A DNA stretch of 64,000 nucleotides from Cytophagaceae bacterium (GCA_947450365.1 CANFVE010000001.1:26538-90537), one strand, 5' to 3'; positions 9,490-18,874 are shown, counted from the stretch's first letter. The notes: generated by a model from the sequence alone, not told the origin. Numbers and translations are program-made.

Positions 9490-10554
9490 ATGTATCGTAC
9501 GTGGAACATTCCCAAAACCAAATTGACTTTTAAGATTTTATTTAATCTTATTCTTTGGGGATTGTATATCGGTTTACCTCTGTTGAGTCCAGTTCATCAT
9601 GAGCATGAGTTGGAACATCCGCATCCCCATCAAAATCCGGAATTCACCGAGCATATTTGGTTAGAATTATCCACTGTCGTTCCCTTATTTTATTTAATCA
9701 CTTTGGTGCTAGTTCCTTATGTGTTTAAGAAAAAGGGGGTTTGGTATTTTTTTGGATATTTATTTTTGTTGAATCTACTTTTTTTAGGAATTCAAATTGT
9801 GTTAAATAATACCTTATTGGCCTTTGAAGGGCCATTAGAAGAGGGGTTTAATATCAAAGGCTTTTTTCCATTGATTATGATTTCGGGAATTGCCTCTACT
9901 TATGGGCTTTTATTGGAATTTATCGAACGTGAAAGTAAAATTGAGGACCTTCGAAATGAGCAAATGCGCTCTGAGCTTTCTTTTTTACGTTCCCAAATTA
10001 GTCCACATTTCATTTTTAATATATTGAACAGTATCGTGTATTTGATTCGAACAAAAGCGGATAAAAAAGCGGAGGAAGTGACGATTCGATTATCATCTTT
10101 GATGCGCTATATGTTGTATGACTCGGACCAAAGTATGGTTCCGCTCGACCGAGAAGTTGAATATGTTCAAAATTACATCGACCTTCAGCGCATGCGATTT
10201 GAGGACGATGTCCAAATAAACTTTCATGTGACTGGAACGGTGGATGGTTCGATGATAGAACCCATGTTGTTGATTCCTTTTGTGGAAAATGCCTTTAAGC
10301 ATGGGGTCGGATTTGTGCGGGATCCATTTATTCAAGTTAATCTTTCCTTTGAGAAGGGTGTGTTGGATTTTCAGGTGGAAAACAAAATCGGGAAATTGTT
10401 GGAAGATCAAAAGGATGAAAGTTCGGGGATCGGATTAAAGAATGTTTCGCGCCGATTGGAATTATTATATCCCAATAAACACCAGATCGAGGTCAAACAA
10501 AACGAAGCCTTATTTAAGGTTCATTTAAATATGGTATTGCACAAGAAAAAATAA
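9490..10554 (+). CDS. LytS/YehU-family sensor histidine kinase
   Basis: N-terminal TM helices; ELSFLRSQISPHFIFNILNSI, LMRYMLY, YIDLQRMRF, PMLLIPFVENAFKHG, GIGLKNV. Confidence 0.92.
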   Translation: MYRTWNIPKTKLTFKILFNLILWGLYIGLPLLSPVHHEHELEHPHPHQNPEFTEHIWLELSTVVPLFYLITLVLVPYVFKKKGVWYFFGYLFLLNLLFLGIQIVLNNTLLAFEGPLEEGFNIKGFFPLIMISGIASTYGLLLEFIERESKIEDLRNEQMRSELSFLRSQISPHFIFNILNSIVYLIRTKADKKAEEVTIRLSSLMRYMLYDSDQSMVPLDREVEYVQNYIDLQRMRFEDDVQINFHVTGTVDGSMIEPMLLIPFVENAFKHGVGFVRDPFIQVNLSFEKGVLDFQVENKIGKLLEDQKDESSGIGLKNVSRRLELLYPNKHQIEVKQNEALFKVHLNMVLHKKK

Positions 10555-10558
10555 GCAG

Positions 10559-11311
10559 ATGGAAAAGATGAATTGCATGGTGGTAGATGATGAGAAAATG
10601 GGCAGAAGCTTGTTGGAAGAAAATGTAAGCCAACTTCCCTTCCTCAACTTAGTCGCCTCCTGTAAAAATGCCTTTGAGGCCATGGAGCAATTGCAAGCTC
10701 ATTCGATTGATTTGATTTTTTTAGATATTCAGATGCCCGGGATGCTCGGTACCCAATTTCTTCAAACCCTAAAGAAAAAGCCTTTAGTCGTTTTTGTTAC
10801 AGCCTATGATCATTATGCGGTGGAAAGTTACCAACTAGACGTCGTCGATTACTTAATGAAGCCGGTTAGCCTGGAACGCTTCTCATTAGCGGCCAATAAG
10901 GCCTATCATTTGTTTCAACAAGCAAATGTCAGTCCAATCATCCCACCGACTCAATCCGACACGAGTCCGCATGTGGATGTTATCGAGGATTTCTTTTTTG
11001 TGAATGTGGAGTATTCGCTTGTCCGAATTTCCATCCCACAGATCACCCACATCGAAGGCCTAAAGGATTATGTGAAAATTTATTTAGAGGGTGAAAGAAG
11101 ACCTGTTTTAACGAAAGTTACCATGAAATCGCTGGAGGCTAAAGTTCTGCCTCATTTGTTCATGCGAGTGCATAAGTCCTTTATTGTCAATATCCGGAAG
11201 ATTGAGTCGGTGAAACAGCAACGAATCAAAATCGGAACCTTCGATATTCCCGTGAGTGATTCGCATTCCACGGATTTGATGGAAAAATTAAACCTGACGA
11301 GGCCGAGTTAG
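10559..11311 (+). CDS. LytTR-family response regulator
   Basis: receiver VVDDE/FLDIQMP/DYLMKP; C-terminal FMRVHKSFIVN LytTR motif. Confidence 0.93.
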   Translation: MEKMNCMVVDDEKMGRSLLEENVSQLPFLNLVASCKNAFEAMEQLQAHSIDLIFLDIQMPGMLGTQFLQTLKKKPLVVFVTAYDHYAVESYQLDVVDYLMKPVSLERFSLAANKAYHLFQQANVSPIIPPTQSDTSPHVDVIEDFFFVNVEYSLVRISIPQITHIEGLKDYVKIYLEGERRPVLTKVTMKSLEAKVLPHLFMRVHKSFIVNIRKIESVKQQRIKIGTFDIPVSDSHSTDLMEKLNLTRPS

Positions 11312-13293
11312 GGTACCCAAATTTTGATTCCTACCGAAAAGTTTCTTCCTGGAGACGCATTGAAATAGCGTCCTGCTGCGGCATTTAAATCAGGACCGGA
11401 CGAATACGTTTCATTCAGGATATTTTCCGCCGTTGCCCAGGCTTCGTATTTAATTTTGGCTATTTGATGGGCATAAGAGATTTTGGAATGTAGCAAACGA
11501 CTCGCTGGCAATACGTCGGTATTGGCATCATTTAGGAACATATAGTCCATAAATTGGTATTGGCCTGACCAAGAAAATCCGTTGGGATTCGAATAGATGG
11601 CCATAAGGGTATTTTGGAAGGGGCTGGTACCCGTAAGGAAATTGCCCGAGTAGGTTTTTCCAGAGGTGGTATAATCGCTAAATCGGAAATTTTGCCAAGC
11701 CGTATTTTGGATTAGACGTAGGTTTTTATGTGGGTACCAGGTTAGGCTGAGTTCGAGGCCTTGTTGCTTCGTTTGTCCCACATTGGCAAAATAATCTGAG
11801 CCGTCCGCCGCCCGACGAACCACAATCGTCTCGCTTAAATCAAATTGATACACACTTAGATCCCAGCTTAATTTTTTATTGGCCAAATTTCCGCGCCAAG
11901 AGATTTCTTTATTCCACCCTTTTTCGGCTTTCAAATCCGTATTGATGATGCCAGTAGATGGGCGCATTTCGGAGATGCTTGGGGGCGAATAGCCCTGGGA
12001 AATTTTAGCGGAAATACTTTGGAAAGGACTTAATGTACGCAGGATGGCCAATCGTGGAGAGAAAATTAATTCCTGGAAAATGTGCTGGGTAAAATAGCTG
12101 TTCAAACTTCCGGATAAGGTAAATTTCCAATTTTCTAGGGTCGTATATTCCGCTTGTAGGAAGGCAGTGCTTTGTTGGATTTGGGTAGTTTGATTGACTT
12201 GAAGGGTGTCTTTGACACCTTTTTTGTTGCCATAGGTTTGGCTATCGAACTGTCCGATTTGATATTCATAGCCCGCGTCTACTAGGATGGGACCTTTGTA
12301 ATGAAAGACTCCCCGACTGCTAAAATTAGGTTCATTTCTGAATTCATAATTTCGGATGGTTGGGTTTTCGATGGAGTTGAGTTGAAAACTATTCATCCAT
12401 TGATAGGCCCAGGCACTATTGAGTTGGTTCGATACCTGGGTTCCGATCCCGAAGCTTTTGATTTTAAATGTGGCTTGCTGGTCCACCGCACTTTTGAATG
12501 TTCCCGCAGCAGGTCTGGCGGCTTGGGGATTATCTTGGTATTGTTTGAGTGTTAAACCACCGGGGGTTTGGTAGGCTAAATCTCCGTAATAGGTGTTTAG
12601 GTCAAATGCCCCAGAACCATGAAAGCCTCGATGAAATTCGTAGGAAATCCATTGTTTTTTGACGGCGGATTGGACGCGATATCCTTCTTGTTGCCAAAAA
12701 CTCCCAAAAATGCGGTGGTTCTGATTTGGATTTCCAGCTTGATAATCTAAGCTGGTTTTGAGTCCACCGAGTGACATATAGCTCTGCTGCGCGCTTAGTC
12801 GATATGAATCATTCCATGTGCTATTGAATAAAATGGCACCTCCGGTACCTGCGCCATAGATTCCGCCATTGGGTCCTTTGGTCACGACGAGTTGATTAAA
12901 TAATTCGGGTTCCAGGAGCGAAAGATAGGTATTATTCCCTGCGTCGGTAAACGGAATTTGATTCCAGTAAACTTTCACATTTCGAACTCCAAAGGGCGCG
13001 CGGAGTGAACTTCCTCGGATAGCGATTCGATAACTTCCTGGGGATCGTTCCTCCATCCGGATTCCTGCTTGGCCATTAAGCGCTGTCATGAAACTCAATC
13101 CATTGCTTGGATTTAATATTTTTCCTTCTAACGACGTAAAGGCATCCGGGCTATTGAGTTTGCTTCGTTTTTTTTCAAAGAGGTGAACTTGGACCTCATT
13201 TAATTCCGTTGTTTTCAAACTGTCCTGTGCCTGCAAACTGAAAATAAGGAGGATTAGGAAGAATGTGCTGAGTAGAAAAGACTTAAAATTCAT
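11308..13293 (-). CDS. TonB-dependent outer-membrane receptor
   Basis: signal peptide; plug motifs IRGSS, NVKVYWNQIP, VTKGP; barrel ending PGRNFSVGIKIW. Confidence 0.9.
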   Translation of the reverse strand: MNFKSFLLSTFFLILLIFSLQAQDSLKTTELNEVQVHLFEKKRSKLNSPDAFTSLEGKILNPSNGLSFMTALNGQAGIRMEERSPGSYRIAIRGSSLRAPFGVRNVKVYWNQIPFTDAGNNTYLSLLEPELFNQLVVTKGPNGGIYGAGTGGAILFNSTWNDSYRLSAQQSYMSLGGLKTSLDYQAGNPNQNHRIFGSFWQQEGYRVQSAVKKQWISYEFHRGFHGSGAFDLNTYYGDLAYQTPGGLTLKQYQDNPQAARPAAGTFKSAVDQQATFKIKSFGIGTQVSNQLNSAWAYQWMNSFQLNSIENPTIRNYEFRNEPNFSSRGVFHYKGPILVDAGYEYQIGQFDSQTYGNKKGVKDTLQVNQTTQIQQSTAFLQAEYTTLENWKFTLSGSLNSYFTQHIFQELIFSPRLAILRTLSPFQSISAKISQGYSPPSISEMRPSTGIINTDLKAEKGWNKEISWRGNLANKKLSWDLSVYQFDLSETIVVRRAADGSDYFANVGQTKQQGLELSLTWYPHKNLRLIQNTAWQNFRFSDYTTSGKTYSGNFLTGTSPFQNTLMAIYSNPNGFSWSGQYQFMDYMFLNDANTDVLPASRLLHSKISYAHQIAKIKYEAWATAENILNETYSSGPDLNAAAGRYFNASPGRNFSVGIKIWVP

Positions 13294-14056
13294 AGGTGAT
13301 TGCCCCGGAAAGGCTGTTGGCTTGGGAGGCTAAAATGGATTTAGAGCTTTTGTTTTCGGCAGAACCTAAATTCAAGGTTTCAAAAGTGATATGAAATCCG
13401 AACTTTTGATGACGCAAACTTCCTTTGGCTCGATAACTTAAGGTGTTATTTGATACAAGTGATTCATAAGGAATCCCTACATAGGCCCCAAATAGGGTTA
13501 CATCATGAATAATTGGTTCAAAGGCTTGAAATTCTAATGTTTTAATTGATTTTCCAGGTATTTTAAGACCTATTCCGGCAGAAATCCCATGCAATGCATA
13601 TTTTTCTTCCTCTAAATAGGTTGTATTTTTTGAATGAATTCGACGGGCTAAGGACTTCGAATACAAGGAAAGTATCGGATAGAAATTCGGTTTTAATCGG
13701 GTTATTTGGTTCCACATTAAGCCTACTTCCGCTTCTCCTCCTCGATAACTCGCATATAATTCTTCATCCGGACTAATCACTTCGGAATACGAGTTTTTGG
13801 GCTGAATAAATTCGTAGGTTTTGCGATCAGTAATTGCATTTTCGATATTTCCCAAGGCTTTTAGGGCCACGAAAAATTTTCGAGCAGAATTCTTTTTCTG
13901 TACACTTAAGCGAATCGAAAGGTCCCCGGTAAATTCATTTTCATGCCAATTATAGTGGCTTGTGCCAATCCCTGCCTCTAATTTAATTAATTGGGCATTT
14001 ATCGAAATTGGAATAAATCCAAGACAACAAAGTAGAATACTAATTCCTTTTTTCAT
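13283..14056 (-). CDS. Hypothetical exported, probably beta-barrel, protein
   Basis: signal peptide (SINA-Q), beta-rich, ends in aromatic residue (GAITYEF). Confidence 0.55.
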   Translation of the reverse strand: MKKGISILLCCLGFIPISINAQLIKLEAGIGTSHYNWHENEFTGDLSIRLSVQKKNSARKFFVALKALGNIENAITDRKTYEFIQPKNSYSEVISPDEELYASYRGGEAEVGLMWNQITRLKPNFYPILSLYSKSLARRIHSKNTTYLEEEKYALHGISAGIGLKIPGKSIKTLEFQAFEPIIHDVTLFGAYVGIPYESLVSNNTLSYRAKGSLRHQKFGFHITFETLNLGSAENKSSKSILASQANSLSGAITYEF

Positions 14057-14078
14057 TTGACCTTAAATTTATTAATAA

Positions 14079-14837
14079 TTACCAATATTTATCACCTTTT
14101 TTGATGGCAAATCGAATACCCCTGCCAACAATGCCTATGTGATAAAAAAGAGATGAGATGAGACCAAAGTGTTTGCTCAAGACTTTAAATCGTTCGATCC
14201 AAGATTTTTTTAACTGTTGGACCGACGCCCCCCCCATTAAATAATTGCAAATAGGTCGCTCACTTTTTTGGATGATGGACGCAAGTTTAAGGCAAGTAAT
14301 TTCCCAATCTATGTCTGAACTGAGTGCATAATCCAAAGAAAATGCGGGTGCGATAGCTCTTCTCACCACAAAAGCCTGATGGCATATCACCATCCCAAAC
14401 TTGAAATCCTTCCATGATGCCTGTTCAGGCAAGCGATGGGGGGTCACCTCACTTCGTAATCCGATGGCTTGGCCCGCAAGGTTTACAAATTGGGCATCTC
14501 CATAGACGACATCGGGCTTGGATGCTAGGTCTTCCAACAAATAGCTTAGCGAACTAGCATCAAAAAACGTGTCTCCCGCATTCATAAAAAGTACATAATC
14601 TCCATTTGCCATTCGAAGACCTTTGTTCATGGCATCGTAAATGCCTTGGTCTTTTTCAGAGATCAGTTGGTCTATTTTAATCGGGGATTGTTTTAAAAAA
14701 TCTAAAGTGCCGTCTTTCGATCCGCCGTCGATCACGATGTATTCAATCTCCTCCCGATGCCCTTGTTCGGCCAGACTTTGGAGCGTCCGTTCGATGTAGG
14801 CTTCCGCCTGGTAGGTGATGGTGATGATGCTAAGCAT
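14079..14837 (-). CDS. Glycosyltransferase family 2
   Basis: SIITIT, VIDGGSKDGT, GIYDAMNKG, FMNAGD DxD-type motif. Confidence 0.92.
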   Translation of the reverse strand: MLSIITITYQAEAYIERTLQSLAEQGHREEIEYIVIDGGSKDGTLDFLKQSPIKIDQLISEKDQGIYDAMNKGLRMANGDYVLFMNAGDTFFDASSLSYLLEDLASKPDVVYGDAQFVNLAGQAIGLRSEVTPHRLPEQASWKDFKFGMVICHQAFVVRRAIAPAFSLDYALSSDIDWEITCLKLASIIQKSERPICNYLMGGASVQQLKKSWIERFKVLSKHFGLISSLFYHIGIVGRGIRFAIKKGDKYW

Positions 14838-16089
14838 GAGCTATCTCCGAAAGGGCTTTTTGGTAAAAATCAACATGTTTTACTGCCACAAGCTGCTCCG
14901 CGTAGCTATTTTTGGTTTTTTCCCGAGCGGCTTGACTGGCCTCTGGATGATCAAAAACCCATTGGATTCCGGTGGCCAAATCTTTCGCATTCAGGGGCCT
15001 TGCCACATATCCATTGCTTTTATGATCTATCATTTCAGGAATACCTCCGACCTGAAAACCTACGCAAGGCGTTCCACAGGCCATGGCCTCCATGAGGGTA
15101 TTGGGTAAATTTTCTTCCAAGGAGGGGGTGACAAACACATCGGCCGCATTGTAATATTCAGCCATTGTTTTTCCATTGCTTACTTTTCCGACAAGCCTTA
15201 TCGGCAAGGCCAGCGCTTCGAATACAGCTGGCTCATGTACTTCTCCGACAACTAATAGTTCCGCGAATTTTTTGGCCTCTGGATTATTTTTAACCCAGAA
15301 TTCCAGTGCATTTTTCAAATAGGCAAATCCTTTGGCCGGAGCCGAGGCTCGCATGGCAACAAACAAAATGTATTTTTTTTGAATATCTAATCCCAAATTC
15401 GTTTTGATCACCGTTTTTTGGGCCGGAGCAAATTGACGCAAGTTCAGCGCATTGGGAATGCATCGAATGGCGTGGGTGGAAAGAATGCTACTGGCTTTCG
15501 CTTTTTGTTCTAGCCAATGGCTGCAGGTAATTATTTTTAGATTTTCGGATTCGAAGGCCGAATGTTTTTTGCTCCACAAAGAATGCGAAAGATCTGTTTT
15601 GGCGGGCGATTTCAGAAAGGGGCATTGGCCGCAGTTTTGTTCAAATCGGGTGCAAGAACCACTGTGGTGGCAACCGCCTGTAAAGGCCCACATATCATGC
15701 AAGGTCCAAAAAATAGGTTTTCCCATGCTAAGTAATTTTCGAATATCTGAAATACCCAAAAATCCAAAATTCACCCAATGCAAGTGAATAATATCTGCCT
15801 CTAAAAGCGCAGGATGTGTAGAGAGGTTTTGTCCGAAAACACCGGGATTAAATAAAAATCGAATTGATTTGTCGCGCTCATGGAATAGGAAATAGAGGCG
15901 TTCGAGGACGAATCGTAGCCAGGCTAAGGCTTTTTGAAATGAATTTTTCGCCAAATCGGCTGCATCCAAATAAGTTACTTCGTGTCCTGCATTGCGCAGC
16001 GCATCAGCCAATCGTCCACAGGCAATTCCTGCCCCGCCATTTTCTTTATGGTAGCTTAGAAGAACGATACGTAGCGGGTGGATGGCCAT
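14830..16089 (-). CDS. Glycosyltransferase family 4 (WcaC-like)
   Basis: GGAGIAC, IIHLHWVN, WTLHDMWAFTGGCH, PSLEENLPNTLMEAMACG. Confidence 0.9.
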   Translation of the reverse strand: MAIHPLRIVLLSYHKENGGAGIACGRLADALRNAGHEVTYLDAADLAKNSFQKALAWLRFVLERLYFLFHERDKSIRFLFNPGVFGQNLSTHPALLEADIIHLHWVNFGFLGISDIRKLLSMGKPIFWTLHDMWAFTGGCHHSGSCTRFEQNCGQCPFLKSPAKTDLSHSLWSKKHSAFESENLKIITCSHWLEQKAKASSILSTHAIRCIPNALNLRQFAPAQKTVIKTNLGLDIQKKYILFVAMRASAPAKGFAYLKNALEFWVKNNPEAKKFAELLVVGEVHEPAVFEALALPIRLVGKVSNGKTMAEYYNAADVFVTPSLEENLPNTLMEAMACGTPCVGFQVGGIPEMIDHKSNGYVARPLNAKDLATGIQWVFDHPEASQAAREKTKNSYAEQLVAVKHVDFYQKALSEIAHA

Positions 16090-16841
16090 TATTTTTCTGC
16101 CTGAATGAGGATGTAAGGCGCGAAGGCCTTGGTTTGGATGGGGAAAATTTTGAAGAATATTTTAAGGGGGAGCCAACAAGCCGTTTTAAGTATTTTTACC
16201 CACAGGGGCTGTTGTTTTTCATTTTCTAACCACAACATAAATCCACCTGAATAGCTTACCGAGATCTGTTTTAGGCCTAATTTTTCACATTGCCCGTGCA
16301 AAAAATTGATATCCATGCAAGGAATGTGGTGTTTGGCGTAATTTTGAGGATCAAATTGCCGTTGGAACCAGCCATTTAGTCCTCGAAAATTGGGCAAACT
16401 AACAAATAATTGTCCTCCTTTTTTTAAGTATTGAATGTGTTTGGACAGGATTTCTTCGGTATTCGGAAAATGCTCAATGAGGCCATTCGAAATGACTAAA
16501 TCAAACCAATGCAAACCTTGTCCGTCGGGAGCAAATAAATCCTTTTCCCATAGTTCAATCTCTGCGTTTAAATGGTTTGCTTTTTTTAAATCCTCCACGA
16601 TTTTGGGGAGGATGACAAAATCGAGTAGCGTGGATTGAACGCCTAACGCTTGGGTGGCCCAAACGGAATAATAGCCTGGGAAACCACCGATTTCGAGCAG
16701 ATTTTTAACTTGATGTGCCTGAATAGACTGTTTTAATTCACGCGTAAACGGGTAATTGGCAGGAATGGGGAAGGCTAGGCCCACTTTACTCAGCCAGTAA
16801 TTTTTCCAAAAATCGTAGTCGGTTAGCGCTTCTTGTTTCAT
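16089..16841 (-). CDS. Class I SAM-dependent methyltransferase
   Basis: LLEIGGFPG motif I, DLVISNGLIEHF, LKKGG. Confidence 0.82.
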   Translation of the reverse strand: MKQEALTDYDFWKNYWLSKVGLAFPIPANYPFTRELKQSIQAHQVKNLLEIGGFPGYYSVWATQALGVQSTLLDFVILPKIVEDLKKANHLNAEIELWEKDLFAPDGQGLHWFDLVISNGLIEHFPNTEEILSKHIQYLKKGGQLFVSLPNFRGLNGWFQRQFDPQNYAKHHIPCMDINFLHGQCEKLGLKQISVSYSGGFMLWLENEKQQPLWVKILKTACWLPLKIFFKIFPIQTKAFAPYILIQAEK

Positions 16842-18109
16842 TTCTTTTCAAAAATTTCGTGGAGCGTATGGGCGATTCGTTCGGCCGCATGTCCGTCCCA
16901 AAGTGGGGGAATACTGCCTTTTTTGACCTCGCCTGCTAAGATTTTTTCGAGGGCTTGGTAGGTTTTTTGCGGATCTAAATCGGCTAATAATTGGTTTGTG
17001 CCGAGGCTTACGGTCACGGGTCGTTCGGTCGAATCGCGGAAGGTTAAACAAGGGATTCCTAAATAGGTCGTTTCCTCTTGAATACCACCAGAATCGGTTA
17101 AAATAGCTTTGGCGTGACTCATTAATTGAATAAATTCCAAATAACCTAAGGGCTCAGTTAGGATCAGATTAGGAACGGCTTCCATGCGTTTCGTTAATCC
17201 AAATTTATCCATGTGGGCACGTGTGCGTGGGTGGATGGGAAAAACAATGTTGGTTTTTTGGGCGCTGAGTTCCATTAATTCTAGGATGGAATTGAGGCCT
17301 TTTTCGGTGTCAACGTTGGCCGGTCGGTGCATCGTCATCACGATGTAGTCCGAAGTCTGAAGTCCGGAGGCTGGGGTCTGTAGTCCGGAGGCCGGAGTTT
17401 GTAGGCCGGAGGCTGGAGTCTGTAGTCCGGAGGCCGGAGTTTGTAGGCCGGAGGCTGGAGTCTGTAGTCCGGAGGCTGGGGTCTGTAGTCTGGAGGCCGG
17501 AGTTTGTAGGCCGGAGGCCGAAGGCGAAAGGCCTAAGTCGGCGAGGATGGTGCTATTTTTCGCTTTTTCTTGATAGCGTACCAAAGAGTCGATCATGACA
17601 TTGCCGCTGAAAAATACTTTTTCATCGGGCACCCCTTCATTTTTTAAATGGGTGAGGCCACTTTCTTCGGTCACAAATAAATAATTGGCTACTGAATCTG
17701 TCAAAAGTCGGTTTAATTCTTCCGGCATGGTGCGGTCGAAACTTCGAAGTCCCGCTTCCACATGGGCGAGAGGAATTCCCATTTTGATGGCAACCAAGGT
17801 ACATGCGAGGGTCGACGTGACATCGCCTACCACAATAATAAGATCAGGTTTTTCATCCGCCACGATTTTCTCGAAAGCTAGCATGATAAGGGCTGTTACT
17901 TCCGTATGTGAGCCGCCACCGATGCCTAAAAAATAATCAGGTTTGGGTAATTCCAATTGGGTAAAAAACACATCGCTCATTTTGGCATCAAAATGCTGCC
18001 CCGTATGAACGATTTTGGAGGACCAACCCGTTAATTTTTGAATGGCTCGGTGTAATGGAGCGACTTTCATGAAATTGGGCCGCGCCCCGACTACCTGAAT
18101 AACTTTCAT
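16838..18109 (-). CDS. wecB: UDP-N-acetylglucosamine 2-epimerase (non-hydrolysing) with an in-frame tandem-repeat insertion
   Basis: VGARPNFMK, HTGQH, HVEAGLRS, PEELNR, DSGGIQEE, ERPVT; (ASGLQTP)x8 inserted before TMHRPANVD. Confidence 0.95.
   Translation of the reverse strand: MKVIQVVGARPNFMKVAPLHRAIQKLTGWSSKIVHTGQHFDAKMSDVFFTQLELPKPDYFLGIGGGSHTEVTALIMLAFEKIVADEKPDLIIVVGDVTSTLACTLVAIKMGIPLAHVEAGLRSFDRTMPEELNRLLTDSVANYLFVTEESGLTHLKNEGVPDEKVFFSGNVMIDSLVRYQEKAKNSTILADLGLSPSASGLQTPASRLQTPASGLQTPASGLQTPASGLQTPASGLQTPASGLQTPASGLQTSDYIVMTMHRPANVDTEKGLNSILELMELSAQKTNIVFPIHPRTRAHMDKFGLTKRMEAVPNLILTEPLGYLEFIQLMSHAKAILTDSGGIQEETTYLGIPCLTFRDSTERPVTVSLGTNQLLADLDPQKTYQALEKILAGEVKKGSIPPLWDGHAAERIAHTLHEIFEKK
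17348..17536. repeat. Heptamer tandem array (27 x 7 nt, 21-nt higher-order period) inside wecB
   Basis: plus strand reads GTCCGGA/GGCCGGA/GGCTGGA/GTCTGTA/GTTTGTA in register from 17348 to 17536. Confidence 0.97.
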
Positions 18110-18137
18110 TTAAAATATTTGTCGTGGATAATTCCTA

Positions 18138-18169
18138 CAAAGATAAAGGAAAAAGTTAGAAGGCCCGAA
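18138..18169 (-). promoter_or_regulatory. Putative wecB promoter (TTCG-N20-TATCTTTG)
   Basis: -7 box TATCTTTG at 18145-18138; near-consensus -33 TTCG at 18169-18166 within the terminal heptamer of the adjacent array. Confidence 0.5.
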
Positions 18170-18309
18170 GTCCGGAGGCGAAAGGCCGAAGGCATTAGTC
18201 CGGAGGCAAAAGGTGGGAGCCCGGAGGCGATAGGCCGGAGGCATAAGTCCGGAGGCAAAAGGTGGGAGCCCGGAGGCGAAAGGCCGAAGGCATTAGTCCG
18301 GAGGCGAAA
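18163..18309. repeat. Heptamer tandem array (21 x 7 nt, 49-nt higher-order period), left flank of the four-helix-bundle gene
   Basis: GTCCGGA GGCAAAA GGTGGGA GCCCGGA GGCGA(T/A)A GGCCG(G/A)A GGCAT(A/T)A repeated at 18198-18246 and 18247-18295. Confidence 0.95.
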
Positions 18310-18447
18310 GTTAAGTAGTCCGTAGGATTGAGTCGGCAAGTTGAATTTAAAGGATTTGTCAAAATTTCTATTTGGCGTCAAACTAAATTTAAATTATCAA
18401 CATATTGATACAATGAATTTTTTCCTTTTCGTTTTAAAAATTAAACA

Positions 18448-18816
18448 ATGGGGGTCACGAAGTTTGAAGATTTACACGTGTGGCAAAGATCTTTACAAAT
18501 TGCTGTAAAGATTTATCAATTAGTACAATCGAATAGGGATTTTGGATTTAAGGATCAAATTCAACGGGCCGTAACTTCTATTTCAAATAACATCGCAGAA
18601 GGTTTTGACCGAGGGTCTGATCGAGATTTTAAACGATTTTTGTTTATCGCACTTGCTTCTGCAAGTGAGGTACGGTCGCTCGTTCACCTTGGTAGGGAAC
18701 TTGGTTACCTAGATCATGAATCGCATAAACTTCTTGAAAAGGAATTAATTGAAATCAGATATATGATTAATGGCCTATCAAAAACATTAACTCGAACTTC
18801 AGTAAAAAAATTATAG
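18448..18816 (+). CDS. Four-helix-bundle protein (23S rRNA IVP / TIGR02436 family, Avd-like fold)
   Basis: FEDLHVWQRS, DQIQRAVTSISNNIAEGFDR, FKRFLFIALASASEV, LGYL: family hallmark pattern; 122 aa, AT-rich. Confidence 0.9.
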   Translation: MGVTKFEDLHVWQRSLQIAVKIYQLVQSNRDFGFKDQIQRAVTSISNNIAEGFDRGSDRDFKRFLFIALASASEVRSLVHLGRELGYLDHESHKLLEKELIEIRYMINGLSKTLTRTSVKKL

Positions 18817-18874
18817 GTATTTGTTTTCCATTTGATGAATCATGTAAAATACCTACTCGACAAAGAATATTTTT

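Noticed and set aside
18106-18381. ORFs 18119-18325 (+) and 18106-18381 (-) over the left heptamer array
   Set aside because: Translations of the repeat (RRPEVRRRKAEG..., LRPIASGLPP...) with no family features; open frames are expected in stop-poor GC-rich repeats.
18448-18816. Diversity-generating retroelement (because of the Avd-like gene)
   Set aside because: No reverse transcriptase and no TR/VR repeat pair with adenine-specific mismatches were seen in this window.
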